NCBI RefSeq assembly: GCF_028641065.1
Contig: NC_073398.1
Coordinates: 28,706,001 to 28,770,000, forward strand
From: Leucoraja erinacea
Taxonomy: Eukaryota
Length of the DNA stretch: 64,000 nt
Direction: 5' to 3'
Both the position numbers and the translations under genes were made by a program. Positions 61,815 to 64,000 of this stretch are shown here, piece by piece; within the stretch, counting starts at the first letter, position 1, and every line of letters starts with the position of its first letter. The notes beneath the pieces were generated by a model. The model searched no databases. It worked only from the letters and a program-made list of their open reading frames with translations, and had not been told where the DNA came from.

Positions 61815-64000
61815 CAGACAAGCAAACCTCCCCACGGAGGGGCTTCATTTTTCTCTCATTTCCCCCTCCTCTGTTTCTTTGTCTCGCCTGTTAATTATCC
61901 TGTCAACTGCGCCGTTTGTTTGTGTTGCAGGCTGGTTTTCTTTTATTTAGTGCCCTACCACAGATTTAGCCCATCATTTGGGTATTTTAATATCTAATTG
62001 TGCACTTCGTTATTTATGAAAAGGCAGCTGACATGTAGGTGATGGTTGAATTTTTTTGGAGGTTATGTTTGTCAGGTTTTCGGGCTGTTCAATGGTTTAT
62101 ATCGAAAACTGGTGTAAACGTTCAAATGGTGACGGATTTTAAGGCGTCCCCTTTTATTGTGAAGTTTTATTATTCTTCAAGTCAACCTTTTTTTTTTTTT
62201 AAGATGAAGATTAATTGGCATTTTAGGAATGTTTGTTTAAATTAGTGGCGTCTATAAATTTATGACAGTTTTACTGTTTCTGGCCGTAATGTCAAATTGT
62301 TCTGTTGCCTGTTGGGCCTGTATCTTCAGGAGAAAAATCTAGCCCTGTTATTTTGTTGTGTGTCGTTGGTTTGAAAGCAGATGCAATGTTTCACCAAACG
62401 GTTTATGATTATAAAACATCGTCACTTCTCATCAAACCTTGTTTATGTGTTTTCAGCTATAAAAGAGGTTGGGGATTGTCTGACGTCGTTTATTTGCAGG
62501 GTATTTTTGGCTTGTTGATCAGTTTAGGTTTAGTTGAGGGGGATGGGGGAAAAACAGAAAAACTAAAGGAATTTGGTCGTCGATGTCAACTCGTTTTAAT
62601 CAGATTACATTTTAATGCTCCAATTGTACATTTTACCGGGCAGTCACTTTGTTGTTGAATATTTGCTGCTTCATTGTTTTATTTTTCGTTGTTGTGAATA
62701 ATTAGACTTTTTTGTTTCTTGCTGTGTTTTGAAGTGCAGGCCTGTCATTTTCGTTTTATGGTTAGAATGTATGGCATGGATTTTATTTCCGTATGGAAAG
62801 ATGCATAAATGTTACGTTTTTAATATCTTGTTAGCCCCTCGCCCATTTTGGCCTTGTTTTTTTAATAGTGCTACCTGCTGGAACTCGTTGGACAGCAACT
62901 GTTGGTCCTAAAGTGAGCTGCAGAGAGCGATTGGTTGCACTGTTACCAGCCGGAATTGGGTTGGAGGAGGAGCTTACAACACTAACACACTAACCGATGT
63001 CTCAAAGGAAAGAATACTTGGACATCCAGCTCACCACTTATAGGTTCAAAATTAAATTACAGCAAATCGGTACCAATAACAATCTGGCTGCATCTCGCTA
63101 CTGTTCTTCAACACAAATTCCCAACCATTTTATATAAAAAATGGAATTCTGAAATGTTCTAAAGTTTACTTCTGTGTTAAGAAATAGGTCATTTAACTAA
63201 GAGGTTGATTAATTCCATCGTTTTGGATGACTTATTATGAGCTGTCCACTGTTAGAAAGGTCAGCAGTGCGTGTAATTGGAGGAAAAAAAAGAAGTCTTA
63301 GCCTTCATTTAAAAATACAAGCACTGGTTATGTGTAAAATTTGTCAAGCTCACTTTTCATAAAATGTTTATAGGTGTAAGTTATTTAATATGTCCTCTGT
63401 TTTAAGCATCAGTCAGGACTATTTCCTTTGTACCATGCTATCATATGCACATGTGCAAGCTCAACACACATGGTGTTTCCTAATTTACCTCACTATTGCA
63501 GCTCCGAGGACAATCATCCAGGCTATTACCAGACTTCCAGTGTCTATTGTCAGCAGCTGACTTTTGTATTTCTGCCTTTAAGTACCCTGTAACAAAGTCA
63601 CCCAGGTTAATATTCGATGTCATGACTACTTAACCATGTCTCATTTTCTGCAGTTGTCGGGAAGGTATTTTGGTCTGGCACGTTACTTTTTTCAACCAAG
63701 TATTGATCACAGATCTGCTTTACACTTAACTGACAGAATGATGCACGTTTCAATTGACTTGTATGATGAAATAAGTTCTCGTATCAGGATTCAATATTTG
63801 ATTTTCGTAATTGGATGAATTCCATTAAAACCACATTTCCACTAAGATGTACCAAACATGTTGCTGATCTAAGATCGATATTTTGTGAAAATGTTGAAGT
63901 TGACTGTTGATAAGAACGTGGGCGTGATGGGGAAATTTGTTATTTGAGGGCATCTGAGCAGAATGTTTTCGTAGGCCTCTTCCAACGCCTGTTGAACTAA

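Overview
Vertebrate genomic DNA, most likely a cartilaginous fish (skate/ray/shark; inferred from HE1-like V-SINEs and the CR1/Rex1/Penelope repeat content). It holds the conserved KLHDC10 - ZC3HC1 - UBE2H block: KLHDC10 on the minus strand (coding exons 1-6, 22905->3587, rest beyond the window start), a complete 10-exon ZC3HC1/NIPA on the plus strand (27049-39220, 495 aa), and exon 1 of UBE2H (61754-61806). Two minor-spliceosome (U12) introns are visible: AT-AC in ZC3HC1 and a GTATCCTT donor in UBE2H. The rest is dense in mobile DNA: a Passport-like Tc1, non-autonomous Helitrons, a 742-bp near-perfect palindromic MITE, other TIR elements, Rex1/CR1/RTE-X fragments and V-SINEs. The most interesting layer is about 20 short Penelope(Neptune)-derived insertions. 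Many carry a minimal hammerhead-ribozyme core, fold back as inverted pairs and have 8-17 bp target-site duplications. One has captured an inverted 37-nt copy of the neighbouring ZC3HC1 exon 7. All family assignments are from recall and by-eye alignment; no searches were run.
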